DNA of 58,723 bases, filler included, from Sphacelaria rigidula (Eukaryota), in assembly GCA_964200075.2 (NCBI GenBank). It is 7 parts of 7 records of this genome, joined end to end, with 100 filler letters (N's around TTAATTAATTAA, not from the genome) between each part and the next. Parts side by side here need not be neighbours in the genome. Positions count along the whole stretch, not along the records: positions 1 to 8,304 come from CAXNAA020011589.1; positions 8,405 to 16,708 come from CAXNAA020011590.1; 5 more parts are not named here. One strand, given 5' to 3'. Every line of letters begins with the position of its first letter. Positions within the stretch are counted from its first letter, which is position 1. The notes under the pieces were generated by a model. The model saw only the letters and a program-made list of their open reading frames with translations. It ran no database searches and was not told the DNA's origin. Shown here piece by piece: positions 1-10,406 of this stretch. The translations under genes were made by a program, and so were the position numbers.

Positions 1-72
1 GGCTGATGCGCCCACATATCCCGAAAGGGGTAGACTGGCGCCCAGAATAAATGGGACGACAACACACACAAC
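1..72 (+). mobile_element. 3' end of a SINE/LINE-like retroposon with (CA)n tail (scaffold edge)
   Basis: GGCTGATGCGCCCACATA...CCGAAAGG.GTAGAC.GGCG..AG.A...ATGGGAC..CAACACACAC matches ~51115-51194 on another scaffold; ends in a CA microsatellite. Confidence 0.5.
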
Positions 73-869
73 ACTGTCCTTGATCCCTGTAAGTCAATGG
101 CGTAATCATTGGCAAAATTTAGCTGATGATGACAGGCGCTCGGTTAGCGTACGTGGACGGGGTCGACCTGCCCCTTCCGTTTTCTACACATTTAGTATAT
201 CTGGATATTGCAGTGATGTTGGGACTCTCTCACCGAAATGTGTGAAGTGATCGCATGAGTGATGCGCTGCAGGGTGTATGCCTCGGACCGAGGCATTTCA
301 AACCACGTCGCCCATGTACAGGGCTCTAGCAACCGACAGATGTTACACACAGTATGATGCTCAAAATCGCTCTGTCGTGGTTTAACCGAAAGGCGTCCAG
401 TGACTCTTTGAACTCTCGTGAACGAAGTTACACGAATATCTACTTTTTCGTGTTATTGCCCAGTCCTATCATGCTTCGACTCTGTCGGTTAGTCTTGCCT
501 TGGCTTGGCTTGCCCTGTCCTGACTTGTTCGGTACGCCGACCGTGTGTAGTTTCCGTATTTTGACTTTCGGCCTGTCACGGCCCGAATACAATGTAGCCG
601 ATGATGTTTCTCATTTTGGTCCGTCTTTAGAACCGCACGTGTACTTTGGTGTGTGCCTGTGTGTTTCTCTCCCGCTGACGTGTTCGTTGAACCTCGCCTC
701 GGGGGCTTCGTGCCGTGTTATCCTTTTCGCGGGCGTATAATCCATGTTTCCGTGTATCCTGTCTTGGGCCATGACTCTACGATCGCACGCGCGCTAGATT
801 AATGTGGGAAGTTGCAAGAGAGTCCACAGTTTTAAGCAAAAAAAATGTCCAACCACTATCTGATCGTAC

Positions 870-2800
870 GCTACCCGATCTCGCTCAATCGCTTGGGCGA
901 CACACGTGTTTTCCGCACAAACTTGCTGGCTAACCTTCGACGTCGGTGACCCCGACTAAACTGCACTAGCTGAGCAGCTCCCAGCTCTTCGAGAGTAGCA
1001 TCCTTGATGACTGTACCGTGGATCCCGTGGTGGCCAACCCCTGACTCGCGGCTATTGTCCAACCGACACCTATTGCTTTTGCATATAATTCCCAGTGGTT
1101 GGCCTGGGGTCCGTTTCAGGGGGATCGGCACCCAACGAAACAAAACAACCTTCAGTACAGAAATTATAGGCCAACCCCCGCCGGCGAAACAAGAGAACGT
1201 TCTATACGCTTGATGTCCGTACCACCATAGCACTTGCAGGCCACCATGAAGTGTTGGTCTCCTCTGGACTTGGATGAACACGAGGTTGGCCTTCCCACCG
1301 CGGGGAGCGGAGAACCAGGTCGATGTTTGTAGATAAAGGGGGCTTCGTCCAGGGCTTCACCATTTGGTTCTACTCGTCCACTCTCACACTGGCGTTCATG
1401 TTAGCTTCAATGCTTCAATACAACTACTCGCTACTTGTCCTGGATACGAACACTCTGAGGTGCTCACACGCCACGTCGTTCGGCACAGATGTACAGTAGT
1501 GTATAGCGCACAAACTGTGAGAACGTGCCTGATCCCGCTAGTCGCCGGGTGCTGAGGAGTCCTCCCGTGCGTAAGATTGAATCCCCTCTGACTGGATTTA
1601 CATTCACCACAGATGACTGAAGAGCGTTGCTACAAGTGTGCGGTATCTGGATATCTGAAGGCAGCTCCATGCGTGACTCGCCTTCGTGATGTGCAGGTTC
1701 ACTACCTGCGAAGCTTGGGGAGCTGGATGCTCTCGAGGAGCTGAACCTGTCTTGGTGCCAGTTGACGGGTGAGAGTCTGGATGAAATCACTGTTATCGTC
1801 TCTCCCCAGAAATATAGAAGATGTACTGGCAATGGTTAGAAATGTGAGGGTGTAGGTTGCAAATTTTCACTCGGTGTGTGCTGAAGAGACCACGGGCGTG
1901 AACATAGTAAACTATTTTGTACTCGGCCTCCGACATCGAGATATGACAGGCACAGGCATGACGATTGCTCCGGAATAACCGACCTACACGTACTACGAGG
2001 TCTGTGTCGGCCTTCCCGTTTGTTCAGATCTCCAGTATGACACTTTTTTTGTGAAATTCCGATGTGTACATTGTGAGCGCTGGGCATTCTGATGAAGACA
2101 CCGTGGTTTTGTCTGATCGGACCGGCTGATAAAGTACGCGAAGAAATTTTGGTTTTCGATCCTGCCTCCCTCTTTTCTGTCTCGAGAGTTGGTGTTTGAC
2201 GATGAAAAGCAAAATTCAGTATAATAATAGCATTACCTTGCTCTTCGCGTAATGGGCTGACGGCGTGTTGAGTTTTGTTGTATTTGCGACGGCGTTGCAT
2301 TGAGTTCGGTAGGTCAGTCGAAGCAGCTCTTTTCAATGCGGCCATCCGACAGAACCTTTCAAACAATTTAAAGGCCACTGATTGGTCCAGGTACCTGTTC
2401 GTCCCCTACCATCACCCTCAGGATCTTGAACGAAATCCCAGCTACGTTACCCTCTTCAGTTGTCCATGGTGGTCAGTATGATACGGCGTATGCAACTATT
2501 GAAAAGACACCCCAAAGCCTTCACTAATCAAAAAATTTCGAAGGTTCATTGTCATGAAGCCTGTACTGATGTACGCTTCGGGACTAATCCTATCCTTTTT
2601 TACCCCTCAGCTTCAAATTCTTGGTAGCAAAGTTTCAATTGGTATTTCCTGTACATGGTGACGTTTAAGATGCAGTATGGTGATGGTTAGGGTGATGGGT
2701 GCCTCGAAATTTTCTTCTCATGGGTTGATGTCAAAATATATCATCACCATCTACAACAGTTGAACAAATATGATTCTGACAAGAATTGTAGGAAGCATCT
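870..2800 (-). pseudogene. Highly decayed Ty3/Gypsy integrase and C-terminal region
   Basis: Minus-strand, frameshifted fragments PEAYIS..., TPYHTDHHGQLKRV (cf. TxYHPQxxGQxERxN), ILRVMVGDEQ, YNKTQHAV (cf. YNxTxH), YLDV and HRVKICNLHPH occur in the expected order. Many stops. Confidence 0.35.
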
Positions 2801-3376
2801 GTGGAACATCTTTTCCCGGGAATATGCGAGTTGAGGTGGGGATGATAATCTGGAATTATTTGTTCCGTTACATTATGTCTTGTTATTGTTCTGTACTCTT
2901 AACTTCCGCTCTGGTCATGTGATGCGGACGCCGCTTGTGGTCATAGGCCAACTATCCAAAATAGTCAAGATGACGGAATAAAAGAAAGATTACGTAGGAT
3001 CCCGAAACCTTGACGCAAAAACGATCCTGCAGAACAAAATCATACTAACCCCATGAGGTTCAGTGCCGCAGGCGACCATTCGGACTACTGCAGATCAAAC
3101 CGAACGCTCCCGCTCGGCACGCCATTCTATAGTTGAACAATCAGTAAAAGTAAACTATTTTATGTTCGACAAAAAACACCAGATTTTGGAGATGGAGATG
3201 TTGAAGATGATGAAGCCTATCTGCGTCTTGCAGGTGCAATTTTATTCGTAGGTTACCATTCAAAATATTGTCACTTTTCAGTCGATCTTGGAGGTTTTCC
3301 TCGTTCGCTGCATAGTAGCAGGTGTAAGTTTATTTCCAGCGATATTTTTGTTGTATAAGCGTTCGAAAATTTCAGC

Positions 3377-3646
3377 GCCCCGAGTGGTGTAAATTAGAAG
3401 ATCCTACTGTCGCCGTTAGGGTGGAAAGAACGAGGGTTCAAATCCCGATGCGTGGGGTTTTTCCTCGGAGGTATCCGATTTCCATCGTCGGAAGCGTTTC
3501 ATCAACAGTACGTTATTGATAATGCGAGAGTAAGCAGTGAGGAGTAAGGTTGACTGAGTTGGTTTGACGAGAGTTGACGCGGTGCGGGAGCGCTGACAAC
3601 GATGAGGGAGACCAAATTGTAAGGCGTGGAGCGGGGGGGAGGGGGG
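3377..3646 (+). mobile_element. Degenerate tRNA-derived SINE
   Basis: GCCCCGAGTGGTGTAAATTAG (A-box-like), GGGTTCAAATCCC (B-box, 3434-3446), then a purine-rich body ending in G-runs; no intact cloverleaf. Confidence 0.45.
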
Positions 3647-3649
3647 AGG

Positions 3650-3716
3650 CATATTCATGTGTTACTTGGCTCGGTCGTTTAATCATTGACTACGCACCCC
3701 TCTCAAGACGGAGCAC
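3650..3716 (-). mobile_element. Diverged copy of the C-run-anchored short insertion family (subfamily B)
   Basis: Reverse complement GTGCTCCGTCTTGAGAGGGGTGCGTAGTCAATGATTAAACGACCGAGCCAAGTAACACATGAATATG + C-runs aligns with 58651-58716. Confidence 0.55.
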
Positions 3717-4244
3717 CGTTCCTACTCCTAATAGAGATACCTCCAACATTTAGGTACCATTAGGCGTGTACCGGGGATACATGTATAGGTGGCGCAATTT
3801 TGTAGTTGCGTTGAAGACATGTCAGCCGTCGTGTTCACCGGAAAGCGCGTCACGTTGTCGACACGCTCCAACTCACACAGTAAACGGCTGAGCTGCAATC
3901 GTGACGGCAAAGGCATTCCAAGATAGTCTCATCATGCTGGACCCTTTTGCTTAAATATGTCTTTTTTATTCACAGGCGAATGCATTCCGCATTCAGCCCC
4001 GTAGTTTGTGATGGGAGGGTCTTGGAGATATACCCCCAAACCAGGGGTAGGTTATTTATCCCACGCTTCAAGTTAATGTCGAAACGTGTAGACTTGAGGC
4101 TTAAGCCGCACACGAAGACACGCTCGCAAATCATACAGGTGCAGACTTGGCTCACCAGCGTGGCACGTTGAAGGTAGCGGCGTCGACATCTGTCTCGACC
4201 CCATTCATATTTGGACGCAAAATTTGCGCCCAAATTCGTGCTAA

Positions 4245-4696
4245 GGCCGGATGTTATGGCACACAGATTTTTGGCCAACGGGATCGTTCACTTATGAGAC
4301 GTTTGACCCAATTTTTGACCCCCAAAGAGGGAAAACCGCCAACACACGTCTGGGACACTTTGCATCACCCCACAGAGAGGAGCCTAGTCTGCTCCACAAA
4401 TTTGCTTGGCTTCGAGGTTTCGAGATTGGCCGCTGAACAAAAATTCGTGTTCAAAAATCTATGCTTGCCGTCCCCCGCCAGTTTGCCCAATAATATGGGG
4501 AGATCGCCGTAGATTATATTGCACACGGATTATTGTTCAGCGGCCGCTCTCGAAACCTTGGAGGCAAGCGAGTCTGAAAAGCAGACTAGGCCCCTCTCTG
4601 TGGGGTGATGCAAAGTGTCCAACATATATGTTGGCTCAAACATCCCAAAAGTGAACAACCTGTGAGCCAAAAATCTGTGAGCCATGACATCCGGCC
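4245..4696. mobile_element. PIF/Harbinger-type MITE
   Basis: 31-bp TIRs GGCCGGATGT[T/C]ATGGC[A/T]CACAGATTTTTGGC with 2 mismatches; flanked by TAA (4242-4244) and TGA (4697-4699), consistent with a mutated TWA TSD. Confidence 0.75.
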
Positions 4697-6386
4697 TGAA
4701 CAGTGTTTCCAGACAGCTCGCAACCTGCGTCCACAGTCTTGTTTATTCCCTCGTTTCCTTGATTTTGGTTTTGCTGTTTTTGTACGGCCTCCTCACCTGA
4801 AGCCATGCAGAAACAGCGGGCATTCTCCTTCTCGTTTCAATGTTTTTAGCAGGACCAGTACTTTTTTAGATGTATCACGGAATCATGTCTGTTATCCTCT
4901 CTTTTCCGTTCCTTCCTGTTATTTCTTTGTCTTGATGTGTGTTTGTCTCCTGTTTGTCGCTGTTGAGTTTACTCCGTGCGGGTATGTCCAACGATCAATC
5001 AATACTTGTTATCTTTGGTCATACTTAACGGAAACGGACACATATTCCTGTCCTGTCCTGTCTGTCATTGACTTTTCTTGCCGGCAAATTTAGCGATTCC
5101 TCGATCTCATAGTTGACCTCCCTTTTCCGCTTCCACTATTTGTATAGTAGACATCTTCGGGTCGAGTTCGTGTTGGTGTCTCTCTCCCACGGAGTTGGCG
5201 GGCGAGACTTCGTACCCGCGAAGTGTGGTGTCTTGATAGAGGAGGTGTGACCTGATTCAACACATTTTGTTTCTGTACGACTCGCTCACCCGGCCATGTA
5301 GCAGGGGATTGATCGTTTTTTTTTCGTGATCCCAACCTGCCGTTTGGTCTTTTCCTCCTCTTTCCTTCCTTCCTCCCTCCATGATACTCCGGAAGGTTTC
5401 TCCTTTCTCATCTCGTTTCCTTTTACTCAAAACTAGAATGACGTTCCCGTTTTTACATGGTAAACAGTCTATCCTATTGCCCCAACTGTGTTGGTGGCTT
5501 CTTCAGGTCTGACAGTCACTTGATAGAATCAGCTAGTCATATGTGGGAGGCTTTATTACTAGCAGTAATTAGTTGTTGGGTACTGGGTATGTCCACCACG
5601 CCCGCCCGCCCCACGAGTATTGCGTTATTGGTTTGTCCGCTGTTGCTGTATTTGTCCTTTGTTCACAATCAAAACGTGTTTATGTCAAGTATTGATTCAG
5701 ATATTGCTTCTTGTGATCGTCGCTACGTGCCAGTGGTGTAAGTGGTACCTCGTGCTCCAGTCTAGACGGAGGAGAGAAGGTACAAAGTCCGTATCCTGAC
5801 AGCAATCGATAATTCATTTGACTGGTTTCATCTTCGACCCTTGGAGATGTGAGTGATGGGACAACGAGCGAGGCGAGGGCCTAAAGAGCGCTGATCCACT
5901 GCTCGACACAATCAATCTGGAAGATACGTACTGTACGGGGAAATAGACCGGTCGATCCCCTGAGACAAAGCATTCTTTACGATGAGTGGGGAGGAGAGGG
6001 TCGAGGGTCGAGGGTCGGCAGTAAACCGAGAAACGACAGACGGTAAAATTGCCACGCAGGAAATTTTGATGCATAGATTGATCGTTTAGGCCGTTGAGTA
6101 AAATGTGTACCTGCGGTCTTTGCTATGAGAGAATCAATGATACAAGCCATGAAGAAGTCGTGACTGAACCAGCCGAATCGAAAATTAAGTAGAGTCAAAG
6201 ACATGAAATGAGACGTATTGGGTGCAGCTTGGACGTTTCGGATGACGTTTTTACAACGAATATGAACATTTTCATGTTTTCGTTCAATGACGAGACTTCT
6301 GATCGCGGCGTTCGATGTTCGCTGCTTGTTTGTCGCTTTGGTATCTGGCTATTTTGATATCTCGAGATGTATGGCACGAAGAAATT

Positions 6387-6415
6387 GGTTAGGGTTACGG
6401 TTAGGGTTACGGTTA
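6387..6415 (+). repeat. Interstitial telomere-like repeat (TTAGGG/TTACGG)
   Basis: GGTTAGGGTTACGGTTAGGGTTACGGTTA read directly. Confidence 0.7.
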
Positions 6416-6512
6416 TGAACGAAACATAATTAATGTCTAAGTATTTTCCAAGTTATATATGTATAGACAGTATATTAGCATTCTAGAAGTATTTTTCCGA
6501 TCTATGTTCTAG

Positions 6513-6562
6513 CGCGACTTTAACCTTGGCGAGGTTGAGCTCTACCACTGAGCTACACTCGC
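6513..6562 (-). pseudogene. trnG: Truncated plastid-type tRNA-Gly(GCC) in an AT-rich island (probable NUPT, ~6416-6695)
   Basis: Reverse complement GCGAGTGTAGCTCAGTGGTAGAGCTCAACCTCGCCAAGGTTAAAGTCGCG gives the 5' acceptor strand, D-arm, anticodon stem AACCT/AGGTT with GCC, and the start of a cyanobacterial/plastid-like T-stem (GTCGCGC). T-loop and 3' acceptor are missing. Flanks are much more AT-rich than the rest of the window. Confidence 0.7.
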
Positions 6563-7731
6563 CACGCGCCTGTATACCTGCATGAAGTATATAGTATATT
6601 AAAGACAAATTTATTGTTCGAATTTTTTTCATTCTTGGTTCAATACTAAAGCTATTAACGTTAATATTAGCTTTTGATATGTGTCTTACATTTAGCGGGT
6701 GTGTTTATGGAAGCTGGGAAGCAATACGTAGCAACAGGGGCAGTGCCATGACCGATCTATCTTCGACTCCTCAAGTCATGTTGCTGCGGCCTTGGTGGTT
6801 CAAGTTGTACGTGTAGATCGTGAGAATCAGGGCGGAACGGAACGGATTGATATCCGGATTGTAGTGTGACACATGCTTTCAATTCCCGGGGAGTATGTGA
6901 TACCTGTCGCTGAAACTGTGCTCTTGTGAGTAGCGGAAAACCGCTGACGAAAGGTGACGCTGTGCGGGAGTGTTGATCCAATCCGCGATACGAATGTACC
7001 GGTCGTGTAGAAGGAGAGATGGGTTGGGCATGATGCAGACTTGTCTGGAAAAACGGGGACGCTTGTAGGTATAAAGGGCGGAACAGAACATGGCAGTGCA
7101 TCAGCACTTTGTTGTATTTCCATCCACGGACGTTTTCGTCATTCCAGATGCTCACAAAAAATCGGGCGGAACGTTTGCGGCCACCCTTTCATCAACCCAG
7201 CGGATGGCATGAGACAGGCACCCTATCTCTGCTACAAAGCACCGCGCATCCACAACGGCACACCGCACAATGGGGCGACATGACATGCACTGACTTGGCT
7301 TGAACTCTCCATCAACAACAACTTCCCGGATGATGCTGCTGTGCACTTGCTTTGCCTTGGGTGTATACCGGTTACTGTTGTCGGGGTAGACACGTATCGC
7401 ACCTTTTATATGTCGACTTGGTGTCTTTCAACTAGGACATGTCCCTGCTGCATGTGGTGCTTGTCAATAGCGATATTGCGACTGATATTGGTAACATTTC
7501 TTCGCGAGCACTAGAGCATTTGTATCCACAGTTGGTCGCCCCCCGTGTCGCTCCTGGGTGTGGCTATACCGAGATCCGCTTCTCCCGGCCTTTTGCGGAT
7601 GGCGTGTTCGGCACTTGATCGACACGTGGTCTGTTTTATATTCGCACTTCAGTGGCCATGGCACTGTTCGTTGGTGACCGTACGTAATGTGGTTGTGTTC
7701 TGTCCTTGTTGTGATCCTCCCCCCTGGCCAG

Positions 7732-7803
7732 GCGATATCCCGCGGGAGTTGGCACGCCTCGGTCGTCTTCGGATTTTGAACCTGTGCCATAACAACCTAA
7801 CTG
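7732..7803 (+). CDS. Single 72-nt leucine-rich-repeat exon (LRR/ROCO-type gene; other exons not on this scaffold)
   Basis: Pyrimidine tract + CCAG| ... |GTGAGT, exactly 72 nt, phase 1-1; translates (G)DIPRELARLGRLRILNLCHNNLT(G), the 24-aa plant-type LRR consensus. Confidence 0.85.
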
Positions 7804-8180
7804 GTGAGTCAAACGTCGAGTAAGTGCCGCGACGTGAGCCGTGTTGCTTTGCAGGTTTGTTGTGTATGTGGCCGGTGTTGGAAGCAAGTCTTTCGACGAC
7901 CGTCACGTGTCGGTTTGATATTTGACTTTCCTGTCGTCTCTCGTACCCACGATACAAGCACAGACAGCTGTGGAAGCATGAGATACAGTGCATGGTTCAG
8001 GTGTTGTGCCGTAGGTGGTATGTGTGTTGGATCACACGGGCTACGGTGGCGAAGTTCAACGTCCTTTTGTCTGCAGTTGCCACATTTGTGGCCCATGTTG
8101 CAAACGTTGTGTACCAAGCTGCTCTGTTATAGTCCAGACACAGTTCGTCATGATTCAACGGAAGAAACTTGGGACATCTT

Positions 8181-8304
8181 CACGGTTAGGACAAATCATC
8201 ACGACTCAAAATCACCAAATTTCACGATTTCATCAGCCTGACTGCCCAAAAGGGAGAAAACAATTGATCGCTAGTCCAAGGGGTACTCACGCAGCTTTTG
8301 CGCC
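8181..8304 (+). repeat. Dispersed repeat (copies at 42019-42082 reverse, 54763-54888 forward)
   Basis: CACGGTTAGGACAAATCATCACGACTCAAAATCACCAAATTTCACGATTT...CACGCAGCTTTTGCGCC is seen on three scaffolds; class not determinable. Confidence 0.7.
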
Positions 8305-8404
8305 NNNNNNNNNNNNNNNNNNNNNNNNNNNNNNNNNNNNNNNNNNNNTTAATTAATTAANNNNNNNNNNNNNNNNNNNNNNNNNNNNNNNNNNNNNNNN
8401 NNNN
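8305..8404. other. Artificial scaffold linker
   Basis: N44-TTAATTAATTAA-N44; six-frame stop linker. Confidence 0.98.
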
Positions 8405-8728
8405 CGCTAGTTCGTGCCTACTTCTCCCTACTTGTGCTGCTTATACCAGTCGGCCGCTGCTAGATGAGTGCTACTTGTTGCTGGTGATGGTATCTGTACT
8501 CGTGTGTGCGGCAACCTAGCTGCGATGGCCAACTTTTCTACTGGCAGCGGCACTGCAGCTGGGAAACAAGGACAGACACCGTACCGTTTTTCTGTACGTA
8601 CGTCCCACAATGTCAGAATTCGTAAACGCCTACGCAAACACCGCTTTCATACTGAACGCTACCTATCTCGATTTTTTCGAAATCGGGGGGAAAAAAATCG
8701 GGGGACTCGTTGTATGGACACGGATTTA

Positions 8729-9014
8729 GACCAAACCGGGAGTGAAAAAATCAAGGGTCACGATCTCAAAACGGTTTCGAAAAATTAGGATAGGATCAAT
8801 AAATAGGATGAATGAATTGAAGAATACAAACGTCACTCTACAAACACCCACGAGACTGCCAGGCCGTGTTTTTGGAAATGATGACCTGCACGCTGCAATG
8901 GTGAGACAGGAGAGCAGAGATCCGGCGCCGAGTGTGGCCAAAATAGTTTTTCGAAAAATCGGGGGGAATCGTTCCGAGATCATGACTCCCGATTTTTTCG
9001 CTCCCGATTTGGTC
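8729..9014. mobile_element. MITE-like inverted-repeat element
   Basis: GACCAAACCGGGAGTGAAAAAATCAAGGGTCACGATCTC pairs with the reverse complement of GAGATCATGACTCCCGATTTTTTCGCTCCCGATTTGGTC. Confidence 0.55.
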
Positions 9015-10208
9015 CCCCAATTTTTCCGAGGTGACGTACGTGCATTGGCGTACAATGCTAGAGTATGAGGCGTTTGATATTTTTGCAACGACAGCAGAAG
9101 ACAGTCTCGTGACAGCACAGATTTGCCTACTGCCCGCCCCAACTGCTGAAGCAAGTTCGTACGGGGTTTGAAAAGCGGATAATACGAGTAAGTGCTGACG
9201 CCGTACCCTGCGGCGATACAGTATCAATATTTTGTGCTGCGCTGCGCTGCCATATGTATCAATATAACGAACGCTACTGTACTCTCCTAGCTGTTGTCGC
9301 TGTACTTGAGGGGTGACGTACGCCACTGCACTGCTCAACTCTGCTTGCGCACTGTTTGTTCTCTGTACTCGCAATACCGGCTGTGCCATCATGTATTACC
9401 TCACGGCATTATCATGTACTGTACTGATGTAGTGTCCTGCACTGTATTACCCTAGGGTACCAACGTACGACACTGTACTCGGAGGATTGTTTACCGCCTG
9501 CCTGCTCTTCGGCTTCATGCACGAGTACGCAGTACCACGCTCATGCAGAAAATGACCGTCTATATACGGAACCGTTTCACAAATCTGTGATACTGTAATG
9601 TCTATGCAATAGAACAGTCTCCCCGATTTTGAGTCCACGTCCCCAAAAAATCGAGATTTGCTGCCATAAAAGTGGGTCCAACCTGCAAAAATAAGTCATT
9701 TTCCGCTTTTGTTGCTGAGCTCTGTACGTGCCCTGAAAAAGACCACAGTCCGGTGCATTCGGATTTGAAGCACGCAACGCAAAAAAGAGCGCTGAATCGC
9801 GCATGTCGCTCACGATGAGTGGGGTGTTCCAGTCGGCTCCTCGACGGAGTCTCCCGACCAACCCGACGTCCTCAATAAAAGCAAATGAATGTAAGCACAG
9901 ACAGAGTGGGCTGGGGAGAAAACATCCTAGGGGAGGCCTGAGTCGAAATAACTTTGTTCTTGTGCGTGCGTGTATCCATATGTGATGCACTCCGAAGATT
10001 CATGATTCGAAGAATGCTGCCGCTTGTGTACCCAGCCGCAAGGTGAGAGCGTGACGTATACTGGAACAAGCAATATCAGGGTGTCTGTATTATGCTCTTG
10101 TGTTTCTTGTGTTGAGACTATCGGTATCGCCATGTGCGCCGTACCGTTTGTACAACATCCATCCGCTGCGACAAAGCTTCCCGTCTCTTCATTCGAAAAA
10201 GCAAGTAT

Positions 10209-10406
10209 CACCCCCAGGGTGGCTGATATGTTGCATTCGCGTAATTTCCACTCGAAAAATGAGGGCAAGACCCAGATGACCCACCCTAGCGGTCGAAGGG
10301 TTCACCTTCAAAGGTGGCAGCGGGAAGAGTTCACGTTCTCCAAAGGTTTCGTGTAGTCTGATCCTTGGTGATACCCGTAGACCAAGTGAAGGAGCGCAGC
10401 GGGGGG
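10209..10406 (+). repeat. Dispersed repeat, paralog of 16371-16568
   Basis: Shared GCAAGACCCA.ATGACCCACCCT.GCGGTCGAAGGGTT.AC.TTCAAAGGTGGC...GAAGGA.CGCAGCGGGGGG. Confidence 0.8.

Noticed and set aside
8349-8360. Recurrent palindromic TTAATTAATTAA every ~8.4 kb
   Set aside because: Always embedded in exactly 44+44 Ns; a synthetic stop-codon linker, not biology. ORFs running into it are artefacts.
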